Origin: an uncultured Gammaproteobacteria bacterium
GTDB lineage: Bacteria > Pseudomonadota > Gammaproteobacteria > QNFE01 > CAZPSE01
Assembly: GCA_964589575.1 (NCBI GenBank)
Contig: CAZPSE010000005.1
Coordinates: 1,611 to 65,610 of the forward strand
Direction: 5' to 3'
DNA: 64,000 nucleotides
The position numbers and the translations under genes are program-made. A model generated the notes under the pieces. The model saw nothing but the letters and a program-made list of their open reading frames with translations. It made no database searches and had not been told where the DNA came from. Positions 30,891 through 39,944 of the stretch are shown here, piece after piece; position 1 is the first letter of the stretch, and each line of letters opens with the position of its first letter.

Positions 30891-31409
30891 TTAAGAAATT
30901 AAAACGTCTTTAATTATTTGGTAAAGCTGTTTAAAGGCCTTATTGGTTTTGTTGCTTTCTTTTTCTTTTCTCGCATTACGAATCACTTGGCGTAATTGTT
31001 GGGTGTCTACGTTATCGTATACATCAAGAAACTCTTGCAACTTATCATTATGTTCAATTAATTGATCACGCCATAACTCAATTTTTTTCAATTGATGTTT
31101 TTGTAAGCTTTCTTTATTTTCAATTTGGTCAATTTTAGAACGCATTTCGTCTAAATCTAATTGCTTTAAGCATTTAGCAATGTACTGTATTTGCCTGTTT
31201 AGTGCCGCACTAGGGCGCAGTTTTTGTGCGGTTTTAATAGCATTATGGATATTGTCATCTAAGGTAATTTCATTAAATATTTTTTTAGGTAATTCACACA
31301 GCTTTTTGGCTAAAGCCTGCACCTCTTTTGAGTCTCTCTTTTTTTGTGATTTACTGATAAAATCATCGTCTTCTTCTTGATAAAATTCTTGTGCCATAGC
31401 GAGTACCAA
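30891..31409 (-). CDS. yjgA: Ribosome-associated protein YjgA (DUF615)
   Basis: Acidic N-terminus (EEDDDFISKSQKKRD) and a C-terminal LRQVIRNARKEKESNKTNKAFKQLYQ matching E. coli YjgA ([28 protein letters not shown]). Located between tldD and pmbA. Confidence 0.8.
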   Translation of the reverse strand: MVLAMAQEFYQEEDDDFISKSQKKRDSKEVQALAKKLCELPKKIFNEITLDDNIHNAIKTAQKLRPSAALNRQIQYIAKCLKQLDLDEMRSKIDQIENKESLQKHQLKKIELWRDQLIEHNDKLQEFLDVYDNVDTQQLRQVIRNARKEKESNKTNKAFKQLYQIIKDVLIS

Positions 31410-31416
31410 CTAAATA

Positions 31417-32751
31417 ATGAACGACGATAGTTTACAGCAAAAACAAAACATGCAAAACCTGATTGACGACGTGCTAAAAAAAGCCAAACAAAAAGGCGCA
31501 ACCAATGTAGAGCTAGGTTGCTCATTTGGTAAAGGTTTAGAAGTGAATGTACGTATGGGCGAAATTGATACCCTAGAACATCAAAATGACAAAGAAATGG
31601 GGTTAACCGTTTATATCGGTCAAAGAAAGGGCAGTGCATCAACTACAGACTTTTCAGAAGCATCCATAAATAAAACCGTACAAGCGGCAATAGACATAGC
31701 CAAGTATACATCGGAGGATAAATACGCAGGTTTAGCAGATAAATCACTTTTATGTACCAATTTTAAAAACCTCGAGCTTTATCATCCTTGGGATTTAAGC
31801 GCCGTTGATGCAACTGAAATAGCCAAGCAATGTGAACAGAGCGCGTTAGATAACAAGCAAATTAGCAATAGCGAAGGTGCCAGCGTAAGCGTTTATGAAG
31901 GTATGGGGATATATGCAAATAGCAACGATTTTATTGGCTTTAAACAATCAACGCGCCACTCTATTGGCTGTTCTGTTATCGCTAAAGATGAACAAGGCAT
32001 GCAACGCGATTACTGGTACAGCAGTTCGCGCAATAAAAACCACCTAGAAAGTGCAGAAGCGATAGGCAAAAAAGCTGCCGATAGAACCATAAAACGCTTA
32101 GGTGCTAAAAAAATTAAAACCATGGAAGTACCGGTTATTTACCATGCAGAAGTAGCTAAAGGCTTAATTGGTCATTTCACGTCTGGCATAAGTGGTGGGG
32201 CTTTATACAGAAAAGCCAGTTTTTTACAAGACAGTAAAGGCCAAAAAATATTCCCCGACAGTTTTAGCATTGTAGAAGACCCGTTCATTTTGGGCGCGTT
32301 TGGCTCTAAAAATTACGATAGCGAAGGGGTGGCGACACAAAGAAGAAGTTTAGTTAATGACGGAATTGTTCAAGACTACATTTTGTCTAGCTATTCTGCA
32401 CGTAAATTGGGCTTACAAACAACGGCTAATGCAGGTGGTGTACAAAACTTAATTGTTAGTAATAATAACCTTTCGTTTAAACAGTTACTTAATGATATGG
32501 GTACCGGGTTTTTATTAACCGAGTTAATGGGCATGGGAGTAAACAACATTACTGGCGATTACTCTCGCGGAGCCGCAGGTTTTTGGGTTGAAAATGGAGA
32601 AATTGCACACCCAGTAGATGAAGTAACCGTAGCGAGCAATTTGAAAAACATGTTTAGTGGTATAACGTCCATCGCCAATGATGTTGATGAACGAGGTGTG
32701 ATTCGTACAGGGTCTATTTTAATAGATAAAATGACCATTGCCGCGGGTTAG
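31417..32751 (+). CDS. pmbA: Metalloprotease PmbA (TldE)
   Basis: 444 aa TldD/PmbA-family protein. Conserved position divergent from yjgA. Confidence 0.9.
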   Translation: MNDDSLQQKQNMQNLIDDVLKKAKQKGATNVELGCSFGKGLEVNVRMGEIDTLEHQNDKEMGLTVYIGQRKGSASTTDFSEASINKTVQAAIDIAKYTSEDKYAGLADKSLLCTNFKNLELYHPWDLSAVDATEIAKQCEQSALDNKQISNSEGASVSVYEGMGIYANSNDFIGFKQSTRHSIGCSVIAKDEQGMQRDYWYSSSRNKNHLESAEAIGKKAADRTIKRLGAKKIKTMEVPVIYHAEVAKGLIGHFTSGISGGALYRKASFLQDSKGQKIFPDSFSIVEDPFILGAFGSKNYDSEGVATQRRSLVNDGIVQDYILSSYSARKLGLQTTANAGGVQNLIVSNNNLSFKQLLNDMGTGFLLTELMGMGVNNITGDYSRGAAGFWVENGEIAHPVDEVTVASNLKNMFSGITSIANDVDERGVIRTGSILIDKMTIAAG

Positions 32752-32764
32752 TAATTAAAACTAG

Positions 32765-32927
32765 TTAAGGAATATCTGAACAAGTATCATAAATTCTGGC
32801 AACGCCAAAATTCCAATATCGAGGCATCGTTTTGAAGCCAGGGTTGTTCCCTGTCGAAAAACGATAACGAAGAGATTGGTGTTTTGGCGTTGCCAAACTT
32901 GACGTTAGTTAATCAGGACTTCCTTAA
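32765..32927. repeat. MITE-like repeat, copy C (163 bp, both inverted repeats present)
   Basis: Left end TTAAGGAATATCTGAAC (degenerate). Right end AGTTAATCAGGACTTCCTTAA. Interior is the reverse complement of about 40040..40136 (CTGGCAACGCCAAA...CGTTTTGAAGCC...CCTGTCGAAAAACGA). Confidence 0.6.
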
Positions 32928-33316
32928 CTGTCTCTTTTATTTTTTAAATCCGTTTCAATTTTTTTAGCAGCTTGGGTAGCAAACCGAGAATAAAATATAG
33001 CGCCAATAAACATTAAAATACTAAACACTATTTGTAAATAACCGTAAAGTTTATCGTCAATATTATTGTAGGCAAAATCTACGCCAATGAAAAAATAAAA
33101 TAGGGTTAAAAAACTGCTCCAAGCATAAGTATAAGGTTTACCGTTTAATAAACCACGCAACGGAAATAAAAGCGGTATTAACATTACCGCTAAAATATAG
33201 CTTTTAGGTACATTTACAGCAGGGGAGATGACAGTAAACCAAGTAAGGTTAAGAATAATTAAACCAAAGTAGCCTGTTAAAGCCATGGCTTTATAAAAGT
33301 GGTAATTTTTTAGCAT
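32924..33316 (-). CDS. Small 4-TM membrane protein (DUF2069-like)
   Basis: 130 aa. Hydrophobic segments. It commonly neighbours the ArsC-family gene; its start overlaps the upstream stop. Confidence 0.45.
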   Translation of the reverse strand: MLKNYHFYKAMALTGYFGLIILNLTWFTVISPAVNVPKSYILAVMLIPLLFPLRGLLNGKPYTYAWSSFLTLFYFFIGVDFAYNNIDDKLYGYLQIVFSILMFIGAIFYSRFATQAAKKIETDLKNKRDS

Positions 33317-33657
33317 TATAAAATATCAATCACGTTTTGAATGGGTCGTCCAATAGCCGCTTTACCGTTATGAATAACGATAGGACGTTCTATTAAAATA
33401 GGGTTGTTAATCATAATATTAATAATTTGTTCGTCAGTTAAATTTTCATCGTTTAAGTTATTATCCAAAAAGGCTTGTTCTCCTTTTCGTACTAAATCAA
33501 TGGCTTTTATTTGTAGTAAATTAATTATCTCAAATAAATCGTCTTTACTTGGTGGTGTGTCTAAATAATTAATCACTTCTGGGTATAAATTTTGTTTGCT
33601 TAGTAAATCCATAGTCGCTCGAGATTTAGAGCATTTATTGTTGTGATATATTTTCAA
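33316..33657 (-). CDS. ArsC/Spx-family protein (YffB-like)
   Basis: MKIYHNNKCSKSRATMDLL has the N-terminal catalytic-cysteine context of the ArsC family. 113 aa. Confidence 0.7.
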   Translation of the reverse strand: MKIYHNNKCSKSRATMDLLSKQNLYPEVINYLDTPPSKDDLFEIINLLQIKAIDLVRKGEQAFLDNNLNDENLTDEQIINIMINNPILIERPIVIHNGKAAIGRPIQNVIDIL

Positions 33658-33743
33658 AATAATCGTCCTATTATAGATAAAAATTGTCGTTTTTAGCGAG
33701 TAATAGCTGATACTATCAAGTTATCGAAGAAATTATAAAAATT

Positions 33744-34082
33744 ATGTTATCGATTAATAATGTTTTTCATAAAAATAACTGGGTTTATACTACAAAGTTA
33801 TTCATTCTAGCTTTAGGTTTAAGCGTTGTAGCTTGTGCTTCTGCTCCTTATCAAGAAATGAGCGATGCCAGACAAATGATTGCTTCTGCCACAGAAGAGG
33901 TTTCTGAGGCCGGGCTAAATAACAGTGACTCAATTCAAAATATTATTCGCAAAGCAAAAAACCAATTAGCAAAAGCTAAAGCATTGTTAAATGAAGAAAA
34001 ATATGACGAAGCTAGAGAATTAGCTATAAAAGCATCAAAGTTAGCCCGATTAGCGAAGTCTGAGATAAATATACAAAAATAA
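33744..34082 (+). CDS. Small helical lipoprotein (DUF4398-like)
   Basis: Lipobox (LSVVACAS). Ala/Lys/Glu-rich helical repeats AKNQLAKAKALLNEEKYDEARELAIKASKLARLAKSE. Confidence 0.45.
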   Translation: MLSINNVFHKNNWVYTTKLFILALGLSVVACASAPYQEMSDARQMIASATEEVSEAGLNNSDSIQNIIRKAKNQLAKAKALLNEEKYDEARELAIKASKLARLAKSEINIQK

Positions 34083-34183
34083 AGGGAGTTTTATCATAGA
34101 TTACTTGACGCTTAGTATGGGTAATGATACTTTATGCCCAACACAATCATGAGTTAGAAGAACTAACCTTTTGGAGAAAAACA

Positions 34184-34864
34184 ATGAAATTGAAAGCCTT
34201 AATAAAGCACCTAAGTGCATCAGCAATCGTTTTAGGATTAGCTGTTTCTTGTGCCACGCCAGAAACAGTTGACGGAACTGATTCTATAGCTAAGCTAGGT
34301 AGTAGCTCAGCTGAAAAAATTGCTGCTGAAAGTGCTATAGATAAAGCATCAAGTAAGCTTTCTGCTGCTAAAGGTGACAAAGCCGAATGGAGAGATACAG
34401 GCAAAATGATTAAAGCCGCTAAAAAAGCTTTGGCTGCGGGTGATTATGCTAAAGCAAAAAGCTTAGCAGAAGCGGCGACAGCACAAAGTGAATATGCAAT
34501 ATTTCAAGCAAACATTGAAGAAGGCAAGTTTGAAGCGGCTACCGATTTTGATGCAGCAGTTGCTAAATCAGCAACGTCAAACTCTGGCTGGGTTACCAAC
34601 CATACTGTTGCAACAGGTGACAGCCTTTGGGGTATTTCGGCAACAAGCAATGTTTATGATGATCCATACAAGTGGCCTTTAATTTATAAAGAAAATGCGT
34701 CTAAAATCACTGATCCTGATTTAATTTTCCCAGGTCAAGAACTTGATATTAATCAAAATGCTTTATCAGCAGAAACGGAAGCTGCAATAAGTCATGCACG
34801 TAATCGTGGAGCATGGTCAATTGGTGGTGCTGAACAATCTGATGCAGATTATTTATCTAAGTAA
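34184..34864 (+). CDS. Lipoprotein with an N-terminal helical domain and a C-terminal LysM domain
   Basis: Lipobox LGLAVSC. The C-terminal HTVATGDSLWGISATSNVYDDPYKWPLIYKENASKITDPDLIFPGQELDI is a LysM fold. Start placed at MKLKAL rather than the upstream ATG. Confidence 0.7.
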   Translation: MKLKALIKHLSASAIVLGLAVSCATPETVDGTDSIAKLGSSSAEKIAAESAIDKASSKLSAAKGDKAEWRDTGKMIKAAKKALAAGDYAKAKSLAEAATAQSEYAIFQANIEEGKFEAATDFDAAVAKSATSNSGWVTNHTVATGDSLWGISATSNVYDDPYKWPLIYKENASKITDPDLIFPGQELDINQNALSAETEAAISHARNRGAWSIGGAEQSDADYLSK

Positions 34865-34892
34865 AACGACTTAATCCGTTTTTACTTTATCT

Positions 34893-34932
34893 AAAAGCCA
34901 GCGCCTTTAACAGGTGCTGGCTTTTTTTTTGG
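34893..34932 (+). terminator. Rho-independent terminator after the LysM gene
   Basis: GCCAGCGCC-TTTAACAG-GTGCTGGC followed by T9. Confidence 0.6.
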
Positions 34933-34994
34933 GAAACGATAAGAACTTAATATTCTATTTTGTGTCTTATTAATTTGAATCGAAAATATATTAA

Positions 34995-35456
34995 ATGAAC
35001 GTATTATCAAAACTGTTTCTTGTCAGCACGTCAGTCTTTCCTTCAATTGTTTTAGCTGTTTCTATGCAGTTAACGACTTTAGATGGACAGACGAAAACAT
35101 TAGATGAATATAAAGGTAAGTGGGTGGTGGTTAACTATTGGGCTACATGGTGCCCACCATGTATAGAAGAGATTCCAGAGTTGAATAGTTTTCATGAGAA
35201 GAATGCTGATAGAGCCGTTATGTTAGGCCTCAACCAAGAAGATATTAGCCGTGAGGATTTGAATTCTTTTATTGAGGAATATTTTATGGAATACCCACAA
35301 TTTAAAGTATCACCAAGAGAACGCTCTCCTTTAGGTTCTGTACCTGGCTTACCCACAACATTTGTAATAACACCAAACGGCGAGTTAGTGGCTAAACAGT
35401 CGGGGCCAGTTTCAGAAAAAATGTTAACAGATTTTATTGATAATTGGGGTAAGTAA
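34995..35456 (+). CDS. TlpA/ResA-like periplasmic thiol:disulfide oxidoreductase
   Basis: Signal peptide. WCPPC active site in VVNYWATWCPPCIEEIPEL. 153 aa. Confidence 0.75.
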   Translation: MNVLSKLFLVSTSVFPSIVLAVSMQLTTLDGQTKTLDEYKGKWVVVNYWATWCPPCIEEIPELNSFHEKNADRAVMLGLNQEDISREDLNSFIEEYFMEYPQFKVSPRERSPLGSVPGLPTTFVITPNGELVAKQSGPVSEKMLTDFIDNWGK

Positions 35457-35460
35457 TAAA

Positions 35461-35997
35461 ATGAATAAGAGACGTTTATTAATAGTTGCTTTAGCTTTTG
35501 TAATGGCGATGAGTTTTGCCAATGCAAAAGAAAATAGAGACCCTTATACGTTTTTTTTTGATGAAACATTCGGGGACTTAACCGAAGAAATTGAAAATGC
35601 TAAAGACGCAAATAAAAAAGCTATTTTTATTTTTTTTGAAATGGATGAGTGCCCATTTTGCCATCGGATGAAAACCACAATATTAAATCAAAAGGCGGTA
35701 CAAGATTATTTTAAAGAACATTTTTTAATGCTGCCTATGGATATTGAGGGCGATTTAGAAGTTGTTAATTTTAAAGGAGAAACAAAAACACAAAAGGCAT
35801 TTTCATCAAAAGAAAATAGAGTTAGGGCAACGCCTGTTTTAGCTTTTTTTGATTTAACGGGAAAGCGAATTTTTCGTTATACTGGTGCCACTACCTCACC
35901 TGAAGAGTTTATATGGATGGGGCAATACATAGCAGAAGGGCATTATAAAAAAATGCGCTTTAATAAATATAAAAGAATGAAGAAAAAACAAGGTTAA
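35461..35997 (+). CDS. Secreted thioredoxin-fold protein with a CPFC motif
   Basis: Signal peptide MNKRRLLIVALAFVMAMSFANA. IFIFFEMDECPFCHRMK active site. The ATG lies 5 nt after the TlpA-like stop. Confidence 0.6.
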   Translation: MNKRRLLIVALAFVMAMSFANAKENRDPYTFFFDETFGDLTEEIENAKDANKKAIFIFFEMDECPFCHRMKTTILNQKAVQDYFKEHFLMLPMDIEGDLEVVNFKGETKTQKAFSSKENRVRATPVLAFFDLTGKRIFRYTGATTSPEEFIWMGQYIAEGHYKKMRFNKYKRMKKKQG

Positions 35998-36005
35998 AAT
36001 ACTAA

Positions 36006-37283
36006 ATGAGATTGAAGCGTTTTTTTTTACTGATTGCTTTTTTCTTTTCGTCACTCACTCATTCAGAAGAGTTGCTGTCTTTACAAGATGCGGTAACGAC
36101 AGCATTACAAAATAATTATGCAATAAAAGCTTTAAATTACAACCAGCAAGAGCTAGTCGTTAATCGTCTATTAAGTGAAGACTCCAACAGCTCAAAACTC
36201 AACCTTAAATCTAACTTACAATGGGTTAAACCATCGGCACTTTATACTTTTTCTCAAGACATTAGCGGTTCTGTATCTTTAGTTTATTCTAAAAATCTTT
36301 ATGACTTTGGTCGAACAACGTCTAAGCTAAAAGAGTTTGACCAACAAAAAATATCCATTAAATTAAGCAATAAACTATTAAAACAAAAACAAGTATTAAA
36401 GGTAATAACCGATTTTTTTAATGTACTAATAAGTGATTTAAACTTTAATGTTTGGAATGAAGGGATGTCTATTGCTTTTGTAAGACAAGACAGGGCGGTC
36501 GATAGACTGCAATTAAAAGAAATTACAGAGTTAGACTTATTAGCGCTACAGCGCACTTTTCAATCTGCGTTAATTAAACGAACGGAAGCGGAAAATAAAC
36601 AACGGCTAATGCGCTCTCAATTGTCCAAGTCAATGGGGAGTAATAACTTACCATCAAACCTTGATGACATGGCTAAAGTATTGTGGGAAAAAGAAATACC
36701 TGAGTACGATGACTTAGTGATTGGTGCAATTAAACATAATGGTGAAATAAAGTTATTACTTTCAAATATTAAAGCCAAACAACAACAACGCAAGACAATA
36801 GCAAAACAAACCTCACCTAATTTAACTTTAGAAGCAGATATTAATGCTTATAGCCTAGAAACACCGTTTAGTCACCCAGCGACTGTTACATTACAATTTG
36901 ATTACCCATTGTATTCGGGTTCTGTGCCATCGTTAAAAAGACAACAGATTGATATTGTTTTAGAACGGTTAAAAAACAATTTGTATGCGAAACAACAGCA
37001 AATAAAACATCAATTATTATCGGTATGGCAGCAACTGAATTTATTATCCGTTAAAAAGCAACATTCAGATGTGAATAGTGATTATCAAGATTATTATTTA
37101 GACCGCAGTAGGGCTTTGTACGAGCTGGAAATGCAAAATGACCTAGGTAATGCTATGACAGAGTTTTCAGCAGCTATTTTAGAAAAAGCGACCATTAAAT
37201 ATCAGTGGGTTTTAGCTTGGGAAGAGCTTAGTATAATAACCAACCAACCAAAATATTCGATATTAGGATTACGTTATGAATAA
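36006..37283 (+). CDS. TolC-family outer-membrane efflux protein
   Basis: Signal peptide. SLQDAVTTALQNNYAIKAL matches the OEP N-terminal helix. The two-repeat architecture and 425-aa length are typical of TolC/OprM-type proteins. Confidence 0.75.
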   Translation: MRLKRFFLLIAFFFSSLTHSEELLSLQDAVTTALQNNYAIKALNYNQQELVVNRLLSEDSNSSKLNLKSNLQWVKPSALYTFSQDISGSVSLVYSKNLYDFGRTTSKLKEFDQQKISIKLSNKLLKQKQVLKVITDFFNVLISDLNFNVWNEGMSIAFVRQDRAVDRLQLKEITELDLLALQRTFQSALIKRTEAENKQRLMRSQLSKSMGSNNLPSNLDDMAKVLWEKEIPEYDDLVIGAIKHNGEIKLLLSNIKAKQQQRKTIAKQTSPNLTLEADINAYSLETPFSHPATVTLQFDYPLYSGSVPSLKRQQIDIVLERLKNNLYAKQQQIKHQLLSVWQQLNLLSVKKQHSDVNSDYQDYYLDRSRALYELEMQNDLGNAMTEFSAAILEKATIKYQWVLAWEELSIITNQPKYSILGLRYE

Positions 37284-38013
37284 AAAGTGGTATTTATTTG
37301 TTTTTAGTATTTTAATCTTACTGGTTTCGACAAATGGCTTGACAGAACAAAAAAATACCTTTTTAGAATACAGTGACGTTAGGCAGTTAACGTTTAAATT
37401 TGAAGGATTAATTATTGAAACCTTGGTAAGTAACGGGGAGTTAGTTACTAAAAACCAATCGCTAGCAAAATTAGATAATAAACTGATCAAACTTGAAATA
37501 AAAAAAGCCAAGGCAGAATTAGCATCGACCAATGCGACATATAAAGAAGTACAACAAGAACACGAAAGAGCTTTGGAGTTATTTGACCGAGATATATTGT
37601 CGCAGGTAGATATGGATAAAAGCCATAATTTACTGGATAAAAATGAAGCTTTGTACAATATTAAAGGTGAAAAGCTAAATATTTTAGAAGCCAAACTTAC
37701 TTACTACCAATTAACCGCGCCTTATGATGGTATTGTTTTATTTAATCAATTTCACAATGGTCGATTAATAAAAAACACTATTCAACCACATATAACAATA
37801 AAATTAGCCACACAAAATAAAATACAATTTGTAATTAACAAGAGTAATTTAAATGCAGAAAAAACAATTAACGTAAAAGTGAAAAATAAAAATTATAAAG
37901 CACATCTATTGGGCTTTACTTTTAAAGAGGCTAAATTTCATTATTTGTATCAAATACAAAAACCAAATGCTTATTTATTAGTGGGTAATAAAGTAAAGGT
38001 AATAGGAAAATAA
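37276..38013 (+). CDS. Short HlyD-like periplasmic adaptor (membrane fusion protein)
   Basis: N-terminal TM anchor. A lipoyl half (GLIIETLVSNGELVTKNQSLAKLD), a coiled-coil hairpin, and a second lipoyl half (LTAPYDGIVL). 245 aa. Overlaps the TolC-like gene by 8 nt. Confidence 0.7.
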   Translation: MNKKWYLFVFSILILLVSTNGLTEQKNTFLEYSDVRQLTFKFEGLIIETLVSNGELVTKNQSLAKLDNKLIKLEIKKAKAELASTNATYKEVQQEHERALELFDRDILSQVDMDKSHNLLDKNEALYNIKGEKLNILEAKLTYYQLTAPYDGIVLFNQFHNGRLIKNTIQPHITIKLATQNKIQFVINKSNLNAEKTINVKVKNKNYKAHLLGFTFKEAKFHYLYQIQKPNAYLLVGNKVKVIGK

Positions 38014-38014
38014 T

Positions 38015-39790
38015 ATGACGGTCATAACCTCCCAATATTCTGGCAAATTAAATTTAATAGACGTGTTAGATGATTTACTTGAAGAAAAAATCACCAGTGC
38101 CGACAACGTTAAGTTATTAAAAGCATTACTCGAAGATAAATCCGCTGGTGATTTACAACATCCGTTTATAGAAATAGAAGGCCGTAATTTAGAAAGTAAT
38201 GATGGTGAAGCACTAACTGCAGATTTATTAACTACTTGGCTTGCTTTAAAAAGTGGTTTTGTACAGTTTGATATTGACCCTTTAAAAATTGACTTGCAAG
38301 CTGTTACTTCGGTTATCCCTCAAAATTATGCTAAGCGTTTTAATATTTTAGCGGTAGAAAACAGCAAAAATAAAGTTATTTTTGCCACAGCAGAACCTTT
38401 TGATACATCTTGGGAAACGGAAATTGGCCATGTAATAAATAATAAAAAAATTGAAAAAGTATTGGTAAACCCCGTATTGATAAAGCAATATTTAGAAGAT
38501 TTTTATACGCTTTCTAAGTCCATGGTTGGCGCAGAAGGTAACCATAAAGATACCAATAATTTGCAAAATTTAGAGCAAATGGTAGAAATTGGTAAACGTG
38601 GTAAATCTGATGCGAATGATTCACATGTGGTGGATATTGTTGATTGGTTATTACAATATGCTTTTGAACAGCGCGCATCAGACATTCATATAGAACCTCG
38701 CCGAGAGCAAGGCATTATTCGTTTTAGAATTGATGGTGTGTTACATCAAGTGTACGACATGCCAGCACCGGTTATGAAAGCGGTAACGAGCCGAATTAAG
38801 ATATTAGGACGGATGGACGTTGCAGAAAAAAGGCGACCACAAGACGGGCGATTAAAAACGCGTACAGAAGACGGGTTAGAGGTGGAATTAAGGTTGTCGA
38901 CCATGCCAACAACTTTTGGAGAAAAGCTGGTCATGCGTATTTTTAACCCAGAAACCTTATTGAAAACACTAAATGGTTTGGGTTTTTCTCGTAAAGAAGC
39001 AACGTTGTGGGAAAAAATGACCAATGAGGCACATGGCATTGTTTTATTAACAGGGCCAACAGGGTCGGGTAAAACAACCACCTTGTACTCCACTTTAAAA
39101 CGTTTAGCAAAGCCAGAAATTAACGTTTGCACAGTGGAAGACCCAATAGAATTAGTTGAACCATTATTTAATCAAATGCAGGTTCACCCCAAAATAGACT
39201 TAACCTTTGCGTCGGGTATTCGTACTTTATTACGTCAAGACCCCGATATTATTATGATTGGTGAAATGCGCGATTATGAGACCTCTGAAATGGCCATACA
39301 AGCGGCCTTAACAGGACATTTAGTAATAAGCACCTTGCACACTAATGACGCGCCATCAGCAATTACACGGCTTATAGAGCTGGGTATTGCGCCTTATTTA
39401 ATCAATTCATCCCTAGTTGGTGTGGTAGCACAGCGTTTAATACGCACTTTATGCCCAAGCTGTAAAGAAAAGATACCGTGCGACAAACAACAGTGGGAAA
39501 GTTTAGTTCACCCGTGGAAGTCAAAAGCACCGGAAAATGTATATATTGCAAAAGGCTGTAAAGAATGCCGACAATCTGGCTATAAAGGAAGGATTGGAAT
39601 ATACGAAATAATGGAATTTACCGACGAGATGAAAACCGCCGTACATGAAAATGCTAGTATCATTGATTTGAGAAAAAAAGCCGTCGCAAATGGCTTAAAA
39701 CCATTAAGGCTTTCTGGTGCACAAAAAGTAGCCACAGGTGTAACTACGTTTGAAGAAGTAATGAAAGTTAGCCCACAGCCGAGCAATTAA
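38015..39790 (+). CDS. GspE/PilB-family secretion ATPase (type II/IV secretion NTPase)
   Basis: T2SSE_N-like N-domain. Walker A LLTGPTGSGKTTT, Asp box, Walker B DIIMIGEMRD, His box. Tetracysteine zinc motif CPSC...CKEC. 591 aa. Starts 2 nt after the adaptor gene stop. Confidence 0.9.
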   Translation: MTVITSQYSGKLNLIDVLDDLLEEKITSADNVKLLKALLEDKSAGDLQHPFIEIEGRNLESNDGEALTADLLTTWLALKSGFVQFDIDPLKIDLQAVTSVIPQNYAKRFNILAVENSKNKVIFATAEPFDTSWETEIGHVINNKKIEKVLVNPVLIKQYLEDFYTLSKSMVGAEGNHKDTNNLQNLEQMVEIGKRGKSDANDSHVVDIVDWLLQYAFEQRASDIHIEPRREQGIIRFRIDGVLHQVYDMPAPVMKAVTSRIKILGRMDVAEKRRPQDGRLKTRTEDGLEVELRLSTMPTTFGEKLVMRIFNPETLLKTLNGLGFSRKEATLWEKMTNEAHGIVLLTGPTGSGKTTTLYSTLKRLAKPEINVCTVEDPIELVEPLFNQMQVHPKIDLTFASGIRTLLRQDPDIIMIGEMRDYETSEMAIQAALTGHLVISTLHTNDAPSAITRLIELGIAPYLINSSLVGVVAQRLIRTLCPSCKEKIPCDKQQWESLVHPWKSKAPENVYIAKGCKECRQSGYKGRIGIYEIMEFTDEMKTAVHENASIIDLRKKAVANGLKPLRLSGAQKVATGVTTFEEVMKVSPQPSN

Positions 39791-39802
39791 ACTAATTGAA
39801 AA

Positions 39803-39870
39803 CAAGGGGTTATCCACGCTCCTGCAATTCTGTGTAGTTACATCCCAGTAGGAAACGCTAGAATGGGGTT
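39803..39870. repeat. Divergent REP-like element
   Basis: CAAGGGGTTATCCACGCTCCTGCAATTCTGTGTAGTTACATCCCAGTAGGAAACGC sits directly after the gspE-like stop and is related to the 8944, 15331 and 45825 copies. Confidence 0.45.
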
Positions 39871-39944
39871 TTAATAAAGCTCTGATCAAGCCTCGTAATA
39901 TTCTGCGAGTTTATAAGGGTGCAGATGTTGGGGATGTTCCGAAA

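Noticed and set aside
34488-34682. 64-aa plus-strand ORF and 34147..34404 minus-strand ORF
   Set aside because: Both are embedded in the LysM lipoprotein gene, in an alternative frame and antisense respectively.
38015-39790. Interpreting the GspE-like gene as part of a canonical T2SS, MSHA or type IV pilus cluster
   Set aside because: No gspC/D/F-M, pilC/M-Q, mshA-Q or pilin genes occur within the flanking 20 kb. Its immediate operon partners are TolC-like and HlyD-like genes.
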